NCBI GenBank assembly: GCA_963662795.1
Contig: OY759746.1
Location: 3,424,001 to 3,488,000 of the forward strand
From: Spirochaetia bacterium
Lineage (GTDB): Bacteria > Spirochaetota > Spirochaetia > CADAEX01
DNA length: 64,000 nt
Direction: 5' to 3'
Position 1 is the stretch's first letter, and every line of letters starts with the position of its first letter. Under the pieces are notes generated by a model. The model was given only the letters and a program-made list of their open reading frames with translations. It did no database searches and was not told where the DNA came from. Positions 18,957 through 29,927 of the stretch are shown piece after piece. The position numbers and the translations under genes were made by a program.

Positions 18957-19664
18957 CTATTTATCAATCTTGCCTGCAGATTTGAGATAAATTATACGGT
19001 CTCTGGCAAAATTTGTCCAATCACTATTTGTATATTTTGATGTTATAAGATTGTAGTAATCTGCAGATGTCTTATAGTCACCCTTTTCCTCATAAAGTCT
19101 TCCCAGGGAAAAAATAACATGTGATATATCCGGGTATTCAGATGCGTAACTGCTTTCAATTTTTTTATAGGTATCTATTGCTTTATCATTCTGATCAGTA
19201 TTTTCATAGCAGACTGCCGCATTATTAAGAGCTATGGGAGCAAGGTAGGTCTTTTTATATTTATCTGCAAAATCGTTAAATATGTCAGAAGCTTTGTCAT
19301 ACTGTTTATCCTGAAAAAGGATATCTCCTTTCATGAACAATGCCCTCTGTGCAGCATAAAATGTACTGTATTTGTCAATAACATCATCAAGAGATTTTAT
19401 AATCTCTGTAATTTTCTCAGATTTGCCTGAATCATCACTTTCCATTCCTGCAACAGCAAGATAGCTGTCTTCAATCTCTTCAATCAGAACTGTTGCCTTT
19501 TCGTTTATTGAAGATCTGATTTCATTATAAACAGTAGCGCCAATTGCAAATGCCAATATTCCTGCAATTAAAATAATCAGCAGTTTCCATTTGCTGGATA
19601 AAAAATCTGAAATGGATTTTAATAATTTCTGCTTAAATGTTAATTCTTCATGATGCTGCATCAA
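18957..19664 (-). CDS. Membrane-anchored TPR protein (YfgM-like architecture)
   Basis: Single N-terminal TM, then TPR-like repeats (ALFMKGDIL, ALNNAAVCYE, VIFSLGRLYE). Confidence 0.7.
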   Translation of the reverse strand: MMQHHEELTFKQKLLKSISDFLSSKWKLLIILIAGILAFAIGATVYNEIRSSINEKATVLIEEIEDSYLAVAGMESDDSGKSEKITEIIKSLDDVIDKYSTFYAAQRALFMKGDILFQDKQYDKASDIFNDFADKYKKTYLAPIALNNAAVCYENTDQNDKAIDTYKKIESSYASEYPDISHVIFSLGRLYEEKGDYKTSADYYNLITSKYTNSDWTNFARDRIIYLKSAGKIDK

Positions 19665-19665
19665 T

Positions 19666-20619
19666 TTACTCCTTGATTTCTTCTTTAATTTCCAGCTCTT
19701 TAATCAATCTGGATAAATATGTTCTTTGAATACCAAGTACAGAAGATGTTCTGCTCCGGTTCCATTCATTTGCCTTAAGAGCTTTTATTATATAGTTTTT
19801 TTTGAATTTGTTGATAGCCGTTTTCAGCGGTAAAATAATATTTTTTCCATAATTTTTAAATTCAATATCTTCCGGTTTTATCGTTTTCCCTTTCATTGTT
19901 ACTGAAAGACGTTTTATATAGTTTTCAAGTTCCCTTACGTTGCCGGGCCAGTCATAAGAGTATAATTTTTCCATCGCACTACTGCTAAAAACAATTCCCC
20001 CGCTCATGCGGCCGGAAAAATAATCGATGAGCTGAGGAATATCATCCTTTCTGTTTTTAAGTTCGGGAATATGAAGAAGAAGAACATTGAGCCTGTAATA
20101 TAGATCTTTTCTGAAATTACCTGCTGCAACTTCAGCTTCTATATCCTTGTTTGTCGCGGATATTATCCGTATATCAATTTTAACCGGATTTTCAGAACCA
20201 AGCTGATCCACCGTGCTGTTTTCAATTACACGCAACAGTCTGGATTGGGTATTAAGAGGCAGTTCTGTAATTTCATCAAGAAAAACTGTACCGGTATCTG
20301 CCGCGATAAATTTACCTTTTCTGTATGAAGAAGCATCGGTAAATGCACCTTTAAGATGGCCGAAAAGCTCACTTTCAATCAGAGATTCAGGTATTGCGGC
20401 ACAATTAATTTTTACAAAAGGTTTTCCGGACCTCAGACTGTTTTTATAAATAAGATCTGCAAAAAGTTCCTTGCCTGTACCGCTGTCTCCGGTTATAAGA
20501 ACAGGGGCATCAGACGAGGCAATTTTAAATGCAAAATTCCTGCAATCCTTGATAAGACTGCAGGAACCTATTATTTTGTCTGAATAATCTTGTGGTAAGT
20601 TATCTGTCTTGTTTTTCAC
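19666..20619 (-). CDS. Sigma54-dependent activator (AAA+ and HTH) without an N-terminal sensory domain
   Basis: [59 protein letters not shown]; only ~15 aa precede the AAA+ domain. Confidence 0.88.
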   Translation of the reverse strand: MKNKTDNLPQDYSDKIIGSCSLIKDCRNFAFKIASSDAPVLITGDSGTGKELFADLIYKNSLRSGKPFVKINCAAIPESLIESELFGHLKGAFTDASSYRKGKFIAADTGTVFLDEITELPLNTQSRLLRVIENSTVDQLGSENPVKIDIRIISATNKDIEAEVAAGNFRKDLYYRLNVLLLHIPELKNRKDDIPQLIDYFSGRMSGGIVFSSSAMEKLYSYDWPGNVRELENYIKRLSVTMKGKTIKPEDIEFKNYGKNIILPLKTAINKFKKNYIIKALKANEWNRSRTSSVLGIQRTYLSRLIKELEIKEEIKE

Positions 20620-22309
20620 TCTGTTTCATAAAATCACCAAGTGTTGCCATTGGCGAATCTTCTTCAGACTGTATATATTTAGAAATCTCTGCTCTCTCTG
20701 CGGATTTTTTATATTCTTTTATTGAGAGAGAAAGTTTTTTCTTTTTTGAATTAATTTCAGTAATAACAGCCTTGATCTTATCACCGACATTGTATTTATT
20801 CATTTCAGCATCAAGATCTTCGTTATATTTGTCTGAAATATTGCTTTTATTTATAAGTCCTTCTATTTCACCCTGAACCTTAACAAAAAGACCGAAATCT
20901 GTTTTACCGCTGATTTCACCTTCAATAAGACTTCCGCGTGTAAAAGATTTTGCAAGAACATCCCAGGGATTGTCACTAAGCTGCTTAACACCAAGCCTTA
21001 TCCTTCTGTTTTGTGTATCAACATGAAGAACAACAACATTTATTGTTTCGTTCGGTTTTAATACTGAAAAGGCGTTTTTAACCTTTTTTGTCCAGGACAT
21101 ATCATCAATATGTAAAAAACCTGTAATCCCCTCTTCCAGTTCGATAAAGGCTCCTGCATTTGTTACCTTTAATATTTTTCTCTCAAGCTGCATACCTTCA
21201 GGATACTGGTTCTGAATTGTATCCCATGGATTTTCAAGGAGCTGTTTTATACCGAGAGATATTCTTCCCTGCTGTATATCGTAAGAGAGGATCATGCATT
21301 CAACTTCATCTCCGACAGAGAAAAGTTCTTTCGGATGGTTGATCTTTTGTACCCATGAAAATTCCGAAATATGGGCCATCCCCTCTATACCCTCTTCCAG
21401 CTCTATAAAAGCGCCGAAATCGGTTAACTTTGTAACTTTACCCTTAACAACAGTACCGGCACTGTATTTATCAGCAAAAGTATCCCACGGATTTTCAGAG
21501 AAATGCTTTAATGAAAGGTTTATTTTATTGTTTTCCCTGTCGAGATTTATCAGCTTTAAAGTAACCTGCTGACCTTTTTTTACATAATCCTTTGGTTTTG
21601 CTACATGTCCCCAGCTCATATCGTTTATATGAAGCAGGCCGTCAAAACCGCCAAGATCAATAAAAGCGCCGAAAGAAGCAATACTTTTAACAGTTCCTTC
21701 AACAGTATCTCCGACTTTTGCGTTATTGAAGAATTCTTCTTTTTTCCTTGCAAGTTCTTCAACCAAATATGCTTTTCTGTTAAGTACAATATTTATTTTT
21801 TTGTCGCTGTAAAGTCGGTCTATATAGAATTTATATGTATTATCAATATACTCTGAAGGCTCTTCCGCTTTACCGGCATCAATTTTTGAAATAGGCACAA
21901 AAGCCTTTACACTGTATCCAAGCAGTACTTCAAACCCGCCCTTAACATCTTTAAGAACTTTTGCATCTACCGGTACTTTATCCTGATAAGCTTTTTTAAG
22001 ATTCTTCCAGAATTCTTTTTCATCATATTTTCTTTTTGATACAATAATCTGTCCGTCTCTGCTTTCTTTTTTAACAAGAACCACATTGACTGTATCGCCT
22101 ATTTTAGGGGGAGAATCAAATTCCAGCATGGGGATTTTGCCTTCAGACTTATATCCGATGTCTACAAAAACTGTCTCGTCAGTAACCTGTATAATGTTAC
22201 CTTCTACGACATGCCCCTCTTCCAGCTCATCGAGAGATTTTAAATATTCTTCCTGGAGGTTTGTCTGGCTGTTAATTTCTTCGCTGTTAATGATTTCTCT
22301 CTCATCCAT
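20600..22309 (-). CDS. rpsA: 30S ribosomal protein S1
   Basis: Six S1 repeats (VDIGYKSEGKIP, FGAFIDLGGFDGLLHINDMSW, FGAFIELEEGIEGMAHISE). Confidence 0.96.
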   Translation of the reverse strand: MDEREIINSEEINSQTNLQEEYLKSLDELEEGHVVEGNIIQVTDETVFVDIGYKSEGKIPMLEFDSPPKIGDTVNVVLVKKESRDGQIIVSKRKYDEKEFWKNLKKAYQDKVPVDAKVLKDVKGGFEVLLGYSVKAFVPISKIDAGKAEEPSEYIDNTYKFYIDRLYSDKKINIVLNRKAYLVEELARKKEEFFNNAKVGDTVEGTVKSIASFGAFIDLGGFDGLLHINDMSWGHVAKPKDYVKKGQQVTLKLINLDRENNKINLSLKHFSENPWDTFADKYSAGTVVKGKVTKLTDFGAFIELEEGIEGMAHISEFSWVQKINHPKELFSVGDEVECMILSYDIQQGRISLGIKQLLENPWDTIQNQYPEGMQLERKILKVTNAGAFIELEEGITGFLHIDDMSWTKKVKNAFSVLKPNETINVVVLHVDTQNRRIRLGVKQLSDNPWDVLAKSFTRGSLIEGEISGKTDFGLFVKVQGEIEGLINKSNISDKYNEDLDAEMNKYNVGDKIKAVITEINSKKKKLSLSIKEYKKSAERAEISKYIQSEEDSPMATLGDFMKQSEKQDR

Positions 22310-22327
22310 TTTGGAAAAACTCCTAAT

Positions 22328-22969
22328 TTACGACCTGTGTTTGTTTATTTCAGACATTACTTTCTCACAAACTTCATCTATGGTCAAGTCCGAACTATTT
22401 AAATAAATTGCATCCTCAGATATTTTTAATTTTCCGAATTCCTTGTTGTGATCAATCATGTCTCTGTCGTTTATGCCTGATTTTATTTCTTCGAGAGATT
22501 TTTCACTGACCCCCTGGTCGAGTCTTCTTTTTGCTCTTTTATCAATGGAAGCATCTAGATAAATTTTAACTTCCGCATCTGTAAAAACTACAGTCGTCAT
22601 ATCGCGGCCTTCAGCAATTATATCCTGATTCCGGGAAACCCTGTGCAATTGGCTGTTTATTTTATTTCGCACTTCCCTGATCGTAGAGACCTGTGCGACA
22701 AGAGAATCAACCCTGTCTGAATGCAGCTCATCTTCCACCTCTTTGCCGTCAAGATAAACACGCTTGTCAATAATGTCTATTTTATGTTTATCTGCCTCTT
22801 CAATCACTGAATCTGTATTATTTATATCAATATTATTCCGGATAAGCGCGAGGGTAAGCGCCCTGTAGAAGTTTCCTGTATTCAGATAAAAAAAACCTGT
22901 TTTCAGGGCAAGGCTTGAGGCAATGGTGCTTTTGCCGGCCCCCGCAGGCCCGTCAATTGCTACTATCAT
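22328..22969 (-). CDS. cmk: Cytidylate kinase
   Basis: IAIDGPAGAGKST-like P-loop, AEGRDMTTVVF, KIYLDAS; start refined to ATG 22969 with GGGAG SD. Confidence 0.93.
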   Translation of the reverse strand: MIVAIDGPAGAGKSTIASSLALKTGFFYLNTGNFYRALTLALIRNNIDINNTDSVIEEADKHKIDIIDKRVYLDGKEVEDELHSDRVDSLVAQVSTIREVRNKINSQLHRVSRNQDIIAEGRDMTTVVFTDAEVKIYLDASIDKRAKRRLDQGVSEKSLEEIKSGINDRDMIDHNKEFGKLKISEDAIYLNSSDLTIDEVCEKVMSEINKHRS

Positions 22970-23723
22970 TATTTTCTCCCTTTTCAAGAAGCCATTTAAC
23001 TTCTTTGTCTCCAAGGTGTCTGTAGCTTCCCGGCACTATGCCTGACAGTTTGACGCATCCGATTCTGGTTCTCTGCAGTTTTTTTATTTTTATCCTGTAG
23101 TGCGAAAATATATTACGGATCTCCCTGTTTTTGCCTTCTGTAAGAACAAGGCTTATGCGGTAAGGAGTTTTGTAATTATATTTTTTTATTTTATATAATT
23201 CACCGTTTATCCTAACCCCTTTCATCAGTTCCTGGAGGATATCTTCGGGTACTGAATCCCTGGTTTCAACCACATATTCCTTTTCAATCTGTGAAGAAGG
23301 ATGTGATATCATTCTTCCGAAATTGCCGTCATTCGTCATAAGGAGAAGTCCTGTTGACATATAATCCAGTCTGCCTATTGAAAAAAGCCGGTAGCTTTTA
23401 AAGTCCCTGAAAAAGGACAAAAGGGTAATTCTTCCTTCCGGATCTGCATTTGAACAGATAACCTGCGGAGGCTTGTTGAAGGCAAGATATATCTGTTTTC
23501 TTGTCGGGTAAACTTCCCTCCCCTTGTAATATACAAGGTCGCCGGGATAAACTTTTTCACCCATTTTACTGATAACCGTACTGTTGATTCTTACATGCCC
23601 TTCCGCAATAAATTCTTCACATTTTCTTCTGGATCCAAGACCGCAATTGGCAAGATATACCTGCAGTCTTAATCCTTTATTATTTTCTGAGGACTCCTGT
23701 TCAGCCTCTTTTCTTTTACCCAT
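22953..23723 (-). CDS. rluB: rRNA pseudouridine synthase (RluB/RsuA family)
   Basis: S4 domain RLQVYLANCGLGSRRKCE, catalytic GRLDYMSTGLLLMTNDG, EGKNREIR. Confidence 0.85.
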   Translation of the reverse strand: MGKRKEAEQESSENNKGLRLQVYLANCGLGSRRKCEEFIAEGHVRINSTVISKMGEKVYPGDLVYYKGREVYPTRKQIYLAFNKPPQVICSNADPEGRITLLSFFRDFKSYRLFSIGRLDYMSTGLLLMTNDGNFGRMISHPSSQIEKEYVVETRDSVPEDILQELMKGVRINGELYKIKKYNYKTPYRISLVLTEGKNREIRNIFSHYRIKIKKLQRTRIGCVKLSGIVPGSYRHLGDKEVKWLLEKGENNDSSN

Positions 23724-24255
23724 TCAGTTCAAACCTCTTTAAATCTGTATCACTTAATTTCGGAAGATCTGAAATGCTTTTCAGTTTAAAAAAAGTCAGA
23801 AATTCCTGTGTTGTTCCGTATGTTACAGGCTTTCCGGGTGTATCCTTTTTACCTGTTTCCTTAACAAGTTTTCTTCCCATTAATAATCTAAGCATTCCAT
23901 CGGACGATACTCCCCTGATATTCTCAATTTCAGCGCGTGTAACAGGCTGTGAATATGCTATGATTGAAAGAGTTTCCATGGCAGCCCTTGAAAGCCTGTT
24001 CTCATTTTTCTTCCCGTATTTACCTTTCAAATAATCCCAGTATTCAATCTTGGGTGCAAACTGATAACCGCCCCCTATTTCAAGCAATTCAAGTCCCCTA
24101 TCCGGCTGGGAGAACTTTTCCTTAAGATTAGCCAGTGCCTGTAAAACAGCTTCCTTTGAAAAGTCTGTAATTTTTATTAGAGAATTCAGGTCAACAGGAT
24201 CGCTTTCAAGAAAGAGAATTGCTTCAAGTAATGCTTCTTCTTTTTCCAATTTCAT
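23716..24255 (-). CDS. scpB: SMC-Scp complex subunit ScpB
   Basis: LEAILF, LSRAAMETLSIIAYSQPVTRAEIENIRGV, YGTTQEFL. Confidence 0.95.
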   Translation of the reverse strand: MKLEKEEALLEAILFLESDPVDLNSLIKITDFSKEAVLQALANLKEKFSQPDRGLELLEIGGGYQFAPKIEYWDYLKGKYGKKNENRLSRAAMETLSIIAYSQPVTRAEIENIRGVSSDGMLRLLMGRKLVKETGKKDTPGKPVTYGTTQEFLTFFKLKSISDLPKLSDTDLKRFELNG

Positions 24256-25013
24256 TAACCTTCCCTGGATGTTTCAACTTTATTTTGATATTTCCGGATT
24301 CTGATATCTCCGAACATTCTGTTCTGGTAAACAGATATGATTTTGTTTTTTACAGAATCAAGTATTGCCAGAAAAGAACAGACAAATTCCATAACAGATG
24401 TGTTGTTTTTTATCAATTCAGTAAAGAGTATTTCCTGATTTTTTTCAAGCATTTCATTCATTAATGTTATTTTTTCGTTGAGAGTTACTTCTTCGTAGAT
24501 ATCAAGTATCTGTTCATTTGAGAGATTGCTGATAATTGAAGAAAAAGTCTGAAGGAGATCCCATATATCAATTTCTTCCCATAATTCATCATCATTTACA
24601 AATGGTAAATTACGCTGATTGCTGGTTCTCTCAATTATCCATTCAGATTCTTTTTCCTTGTCGCTCATTATTTCAGAAAGTTTTTTAAACTTCTGATATT
24701 CTATCAGCCTTTCAACAAGTTCGGCTCTCGGATCCTCAAATTCATCATCAATATCCACCTCTACGGGAAGAAGCATTCTTGATTTTATATAAAGCAGTGT
24801 TGCAGCCATTGTATAAAATTCGGATAGATTATCCAGATTTTTTTTTGTAGCATATTCAAGAAAGACCAGGTATTGTTCCACAATTTCGGAAATTGGAATA
24901 TCATATATATTTATTTCTGATTTTCTTATAAGAAAAAGCAATAAATCAAGAGGCCCTTCAAACTCACCTAGTTTAAATTTATGGGAAACGTTTTCTGTCT
25001 GTTCAGACACCAT
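24255..25013 (-). CDS. scpA: Segregation/condensation protein ScpA
   Basis: FEGPLDLLLFLI, MAATLLYIKSRMLLP, DPRAELVERLIEY; start refined to ATG 25013. Confidence 0.93.
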   Translation of the reverse strand: MVSEQTENVSHKFKLGEFEGPLDLLLFLIRKSEINIYDIPISEIVEQYLVFLEYATKKNLDNLSEFYTMAATLLYIKSRMLLPVEVDIDDEFEDPRAELVERLIEYQKFKKLSEIMSDKEKESEWIIERTSNQRNLPFVNDDELWEEIDIWDLLQTFSSIISNLSNEQILDIYEEVTLNEKITLMNEMLEKNQEILFTELIKNNTSVMEFVCSFLAILDSVKNKIISVYQNRMFGDIRIRKYQNKVETSREG

Positions 25014-25017
25014 GTTA

Positions 25018-25656
25018 TTATCCTGTATATTTGTATTTTTCAATATATCGGCAAGATTTGTAAAGGTAAACACCCTGATTGTCCTGTTTCTCTGTAAACA
25101 TCAAATATTTTTGTAATGTTAAAGGATCGGTGAGTGTATTATCAAGTTCAAGCAAAGGTATAAGGACAAATTGCCTTTCTTTTATCCCGGGATGAGGCAG
25201 GGTAAGCTTTGCAGTATTTAATACTTCATCTCTGAACAGGAGTATGTCTATATCTATTGTCCTGGGCCCTTTAGGCAGGGAGGGATCTCTTGTTCTTCCA
25301 AGCTCTTTTTCAATAGCAAGGACTGTTTTCAGCAATTCATCCGGATAAATAGAGGGAGAAGCTTTCCCGCGGAATACAGTATTTATAAAATCAGGCTGAT
25401 CTTTGTAATAAAGAGGCCTGGATATGTATAAAGATGCTGTCTCAAGTTCTTCAAAGTGTTTTTTAAGGAGAAAAAACGCATCTGCAATATTCTTTTCTTT
25501 ATCACCCAGGTTGGACCCTATTCCGAGGAAAACTACATTATAGCCTTGAGTATGACCGGCAATATCGCCGGAATTACAGTCTGCAGGCAGATCAGAAAAG
25601 TTTTGAATCTTCAGTTTTATTTTCTTCCTTTTCTCCCTTTTTTTCAGGTACGGCAT
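25018..25656 (-). CDS. folK: 2-amino-4-hydroxy-6-hydroxymethyldihydropteridine diphosphokinase
   Basis: [40 protein letters not shown]; start uncertain because it lies within recA. Confidence 0.9.
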   Translation of the reverse strand: MPYLKKREKRKKIKLKIQNFSDLPADCNSGDIAGHTQGYNVVFLGIGSNLGDKEKNIADAFFLLKKHFEELETASLYISRPLYYKDQPDFINTVFRGKASPSIYPDELLKTVLAIEKELGRTRDPSLPKGPRTIDIDILLFRDEVLNTAKLTLPHPGIKERQFVLIPLLELDNTLTDPLTLQKYLMFTEKQDNQGVYLYKSCRYIEKYKYTG

Positions 25657-26707
25657 TTTCTTTCTTTACGGGAACCGGGAAAAATATATCTCTGACTTTT
25701 TTTTCGATTTCCTGCATTATCGGAATATTGTTATCAATAAAATCCTTTACATTATCCCTGCCCTGCCCTATTTTTTCTTCTCCGTATGCATACCAGCTGC
25801 CGCTTTTCTGGATAATTCCAAGGTTTACAGCAGCATCCAGTAAACACGATGTCGCAGAGATTCCTTTGCCGAATATAATTTCGAGATCCACCTTTCTGAA
25901 AGGAGGAGCCATTTTATTTTTGACAACTTTAACCCGCACCCTGTTGCCGATAGCTTCTTCTGATGTTTTTTCTATAGTTTCAATTTTTCTTACTTCAATT
26001 CTCATTGAAGAATAAAACTTAAGAGCCTTGCCGCCTGTTGTTGTTTCAGGGTTTCCAAACATAATGCCGATTTTCATTCTTATCTGATTGATGAAGATAA
26101 TGCATGTATTTGATTTTGAGAGAATTGATGTAAGTTTTCTGAGAGCCTGGCTCATAAGCCGTGCCTGAAGGCCCATGTGGGAATCTCCCATATCTCCTTC
26201 AATTTCAGCCTGGGGAGTCAGGGCCGCAACTGAGTCCACAACAATAATATCAACTGCGCCGGAACGGATAAGAGATTCTGTTATCTCAAGAGCCTGTTCA
26301 CCGGTGTCAGGCTGCGAAATCCAGAGGTCATCGGTATTAACTCCGAGATTTCTCGCATAAACAGGGTCGAGAGCATGTTCGGCATCAATAAAAGCTGCAA
26401 CCCCCCCTTTTTTCTGTGCTTCGGCAATTGCATGGAGCGCAAGGGTCGTTTTCCCGGAAGATTCCGGTCCATATATTTCAACTACCCGCCCTTTGGGATA
26501 TCCGCCGATCCCCAGAGCCGCATCGAGGGTTATTGAACCGGATGATATTACCTGTATATTTGTATTTACAGGTCTTTCTCCAAGTTTCATCAGGGATCCT
26601 TTTCCAAACTGTTTCTCAATCTGAAGCCGGGCTGCTTCAAGCGCTTTTTGCTTGTCTGAATCGTTATATTTAATTTCAGGAACCTGAATATCAATTTTTT
26701 TAGCCAT
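25592..26707 (-). CDS. recA: Recombinase RecA
   Basis: [47 protein letters not shown]; start refined to ATG 26707 with GGAGGA SD. Confidence 0.98.
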   Translation of the reverse strand: MAKKIDIQVPEIKYNDSDKQKALEAARLQIEKQFGKGSLMKLGERPVNTNIQVISSGSITLDAALGIGGYPKGRVVEIYGPESSGKTTLALHAIAEAQKKGGVAAFIDAEHALDPVYARNLGVNTDDLWISQPDTGEQALEITESLIRSGAVDIIVVDSVAALTPQAEIEGDMGDSHMGLQARLMSQALRKLTSILSKSNTCIIFINQIRMKIGIMFGNPETTTGGKALKFYSSMRIEVRKIETIEKTSEEAIGNRVRVKVVKNKMAPPFRKVDLEIIFGKGISATSCLLDAAVNLGIIQKSGSWYAYGEEKIGQGRDNVKDFIDNNIPIMQEIEKKVRDIFFPVPVKKENAVPEKKGEKEENKTEDSKLF

Positions 26708-26799
26708 TATTAAATCCTCCTGCCGAATTAAACCATAATATATACAATATACTTCAATCAATTTTGCATATTTACTTTGCAGTGGTCAATAAGGCATAA

Positions 26800-27426
26800 T
26801 TGCTGAAGATGATGAAAAAAATATTTCTGATATCTTTAGTTTTGGTTTCAGCAGAAGCATTTCTGCCTGTTATCCGGATATTGAAAAGCCAGGAGGCTAT
26901 GTACAAATGGATTGAAACATCAACCGGAGATCAGGATGCAATTGTACTCGAAAGCTTCAGGGCGATGGATCTGGATGAAAGAATTGCTGCAGTTGATTCA
27001 CTTGCAGGGAGGAAAGAACGCGATTTCGGTTTTCTGATTGAAGAATTATATTATTCAAATAATTATAAAACAACTGAAAAGGAATATCTGTTTTACCTGA
27101 TTCTTGAAAAACTTGTTATAGATGCCGTAACAGCGGCTGATACCGGTGATTGTTTTCTTCTTTTATGCAGCGATATTGCAGCTTACAGGCAGTCGATATT
27201 AAGAAAAAAAATAATTGAGAGAACAACTTTTATGAACACCGCTGATGCTGAGAATATATTGCTCAAAGAAGCTGTGTTTCTTGAAAAGACCGGCCTGCGT
27301 GATAGTTATTTTAACAGCGAAATGATTGAAGAGTGCAGAATATTCATGAGGGAAGCTGAAAAAATCGGTTCTGTGATACTAAAGGATTATATCCACAGAA
27401 TCTATGTCGCAGTCAGAAATCTTTGA
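26800..27426 (+). CDS. Hypothetical protein with N-terminal signal/TM segment
   Basis: 208-aa ORF fills the gap between recA and dtd; [14 protein letters not shown] signal-like start; true start may be a downstream ATG. Confidence 0.6.
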   Translation: MLKMMKKIFLISLVLVSAEAFLPVIRILKSQEAMYKWIETSTGDQDAIVLESFRAMDLDERIAAVDSLAGRKERDFGFLIEELYYSNNYKTTEKEYLFYLILEKLVIDAVTAADTGDCFLLLCSDIAAYRQSILRKKIIERTTFMNTADAENILLKEAVFLEKTGLRDSYFNSEMIEECRIFMREAEKIGSVILKDYIHRIYVAVRNL

Positions 27427-27862
27427 ATGAATCAACAAGAATTGTAACAGGACCGTCATTTATATAATCGACTGCCATAACCGCGCCGAATTCGCCAATT
27501 TCGGTTTTTATCCCTTTATTTTTTACTATTTCAACCAATTTACGATAATACAGGTTTCCTTTTTCCGGAGCGGCAGCGCTGTTGAATGAAGGTCTTCTCC
27601 CTTTTCTGGTATCACCGTATAGGGTAAATTGAGAAATAATCAATATTTCACCCATGCAATCGAGAAGGGAAAGGTTCATTTTATCGTTTTCGTCGTTGAA
27701 AATTCTCAGGTTTAAAATTTTATCTGCCGTATATTCACAGTCTGAATCGGTATCGTCGCTATGGACACCTATATAAACAACAAGACCTTTAGATATACTC
27801 CCCTTCAGTACCCCGTCTACAGATACTGAAGCTTTTTTTACCCGCTGAACTACGGCTCTCAT
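27413..27862 (-). CDS. dtd: D-aminoacyl-tRNA deacylase
   Basis: [28 protein letters not shown]. Confidence 0.95.
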   Translation of the reverse strand: MRAVVQRVKKASVSVDGVLKGSISKGLVVYIGVHSDDTDSDCEYTADKILNLRIFNDENDKMNLSLLDCMGEILIISQFTLYGDTRKGRRPSFNSAAAPEKGNLYYRKLVEIVKNKGIKTEIGEFGAVMAVDYINDGPVTILVDSFKDF

Positions 27863-28932
27863 TTAATATAATTCCGCAGTGTGACCGCTTTCATGCTGAT
27901 ACCGTTTTCAGTTTGAAGCTGCCCTATGGTATCATAGGAGAACTCTTCATCAAGTATTACCGGAAAATCAGCAGTAACTGTAATTATCCCGTCAAGTACT
28001 TTACCGGATTCATACCCTATAAGGAGATCGAAAGTTTCGGAATTTTCAAATATTTTTATATTTGTAATTTTTCCTGACCATTTTACATAGCAGCCGTTAT
28101 AAAGATATGGAGAGACTGCAACTTCTTTATAATGGATTGTATTTTTAAAATACCGGAAATCCGGTTCCCGTAAATATCCCGAGAGAAGCCGCGCTTTTTC
28201 CTTAACAGATTCTGAGGCATTTGAATTAAGCAGTCTGTTGATTTCTATTCTCGCTTCGTTATCTTTATTGTCCAGGAAAAGTTTTTTTGCATCTTCAAAA
28301 GATTCGACAATTTCGCGACCTTCAAGTTTAATCCTGAATTCACCTGTCCCGATGATCTCCTGAAGATTTCTGCTTATTGTCAATTCCGAAAGAATACTGT
28401 TGTTTTTACTGAATTTTAAAAGTAAAAATTTAGTTGTAAAAAATATTCCTGTTGAAAAAGAAAGAATAATTATTAAAATAATCAGATATCTCAGTATTCT
28501 GTAAGTAATTATGCTTTTTTTGAAGGGAAGAAGTCTGTGGATATTCTTAGACAGGAAATCTTCCGGAACTCTTTCAAGTGCTTCCGATTTTTTGATTATA
28601 TCAAGGGATTTTTTCGCGAACCTGTTTTTAGGGTCCCTGTCGAGTATATCAAGCCAAATGCGGATTGCTTCTGAAGGTTTGTTATATTTCAAATGAATGA
28701 CTGCAAGACCAAGCAATGTTGTACTGTTGGCAGGATTTATCTGGAGAGACCTCCTTAGATAGGAGTTCGCACCGTTATAATCTCCGATAAACAGACACGA
28801 CATTCCAAGATAGAAATAAAAATATTCATTATCCCTGTTTCCGAATACTTCCGGCTCAAGAATCCTTATAACCTGCGGGTAATTTCCAAGTTTAAACTGT
28901 TTTTCAGCACTTTTTAATAATCTGGTTTTCAT
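27859..28932 (-). CDS. TPR-containing bitopic membrane protein
   Basis: N-terminal TPRs ([20 protein letters not shown]), one TM ([17 protein letters not shown]), and a C-terminal region with YVKWSGKI. Confidence 0.7.
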   Translation of the reverse strand: MKTRLLKSAEKQFKLGNYPQVIRILEPEVFGNRDNEYFYFYLGMSCLFIGDYNGANSYLRRSLQINPANSTTLLGLAVIHLKYNKPSEAIRIWLDILDRDPKNRFAKKSLDIIKKSEALERVPEDFLSKNIHRLLPFKKSIITYRILRYLIILIIILSFSTGIFFTTKFLLLKFSKNNSILSELTISRNLQEIIGTGEFRIKLEGREIVESFEDAKKLFLDNKDNEARIEINRLLNSNASESVKEKARLLSGYLREPDFRYFKNTIHYKEVAVSPYLYNGCYVKWSGKITNIKIFENSETFDLLIGYESGKVLDGIITVTADFPVILDEEFSYDTIGQLQTENGISMKAVTLRNYIK

Positions 28933-29876
28933 TTGCCTGCTTGTCCGGAAGATGAACCGGCTGAATTTCCGGCGGGTTTTGAATTGCTGACCGAAGCATC
29001 ATTAACAGCTGATGCAGACCCTGATTTAGCTGAAATGCTTTTTTCAAGTAAAACTATTTTATCCTCAAGGTTTTTAATAGTCTGTGTCTGCATCTCAAGC
29101 TGTTTTTTTAAAACATTGTTTGTTTCCCGCAATGAAAGGAGAAGAGAATTGGTATCCTCCGCGGACAGTACGGAAAGCTTTTTCTGATAACTTAAAATAG
29201 CCTGGTTATATTCCTTTTCTTTTTTTATAAAAAGCTCTCTTTCCTTAAGCGATTCTTCATGACTCCATTTGAGGAGTTTAACAAGTTCCTGTTCTCTTTT
29301 TCCAAGATTTATAAGCTCAATTTTATAATTTGCTGCTTCATATTTATAGCTGTCCTTGTATTTATCTGTAACTATCCTGTAAACATTAAGAGCTTCATCT
29401 GTATGTCCAAGGTTGTAAAGAGATTCCGCGATCCAGTAAAGAGCATTGCCCTCAAGAGGATTATTATCAGTTTTTTCAATGAAAAGATTGAGTTTATCAA
29501 TGGATGACTCATAATTGCGGTTTATAAAATCAATTCGCCCCATTTGATAAACCGATTCCGGATATTCAGGTGATTCCCTGAAATTAACAGCTAAATAATC
29601 AAATACTTTTTCGGCTTCCATGTAGTCTTCCAGAGCCATATAACATTTACCTATCATTAAAAAACTTGAGCTTTTAAGATATGAAGGGCTTAAATCTGCG
29701 GATTTACGGAATTGCTGAAGTGCTGATTCATATTTTGAATCATTAAAATTTTCGCTGCCGCTGTTGAAATATTGCAGATACAGCGGTACTTCATTCTTTT
29801 CGTCAGCGTAGATGAAAAATGACTGCATCGTCAATATATTAAAAAAAAGGCAGATTAAAAATATTTTTTTACACAA
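28929..29876 (-). CDS. Exported TPR/coiled-coil protein (CpoB/BamD-like TPRs)
   Basis: Signal peptide, TPRs (SVYQMGRIDF, NALYWIAESLY), C-terminal coiled coil and Ser/Ala-rich tail. Confidence 0.65.
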   Translation of the reverse strand: MCKKIFLICLFFNILTMQSFFIYADEKNEVPLYLQYFNSGSENFNDSKYESALQQFRKSADLSPSYLKSSSFLMIGKCYMALEDYMEAEKVFDYLAVNFRESPEYPESVYQMGRIDFINRNYESSIDKLNLFIEKTDNNPLEGNALYWIAESLYNLGHTDEALNVYRIVTDKYKDSYKYEAANYKIELINLGKREQELVKLLKWSHEESLKERELFIKKEKEYNQAILSYQKKLSVLSAEDTNSLLLSLRETNNVLKKQLEMQTQTIKNLEDKIVLLEKSISAKSGSASAVNDASVSNSKPAGNSAGSSSGQAGK

Positions 29877-29927
29877 AACAACAATCCCCCTGCCATAGAT
29901 TATCGGCAGTTTGAATTTTTTTCATAA

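Noticed and set aside
25636-25646. In-frame A_AAA_AAG slippery heptamer near the recA 3' end, suggesting a RecA-FolK fusion
   Set aside because: A -1 shift reaches TAA within a few codons, and folK is in the +1 frame, so no fusion results.
29880-29910. TGGCAG-N5-TTGTT on the minus strand as a sigma54 promoter
   Set aside because: It lacks the -12 GC, overlaps the SD and is too close to the start codon.
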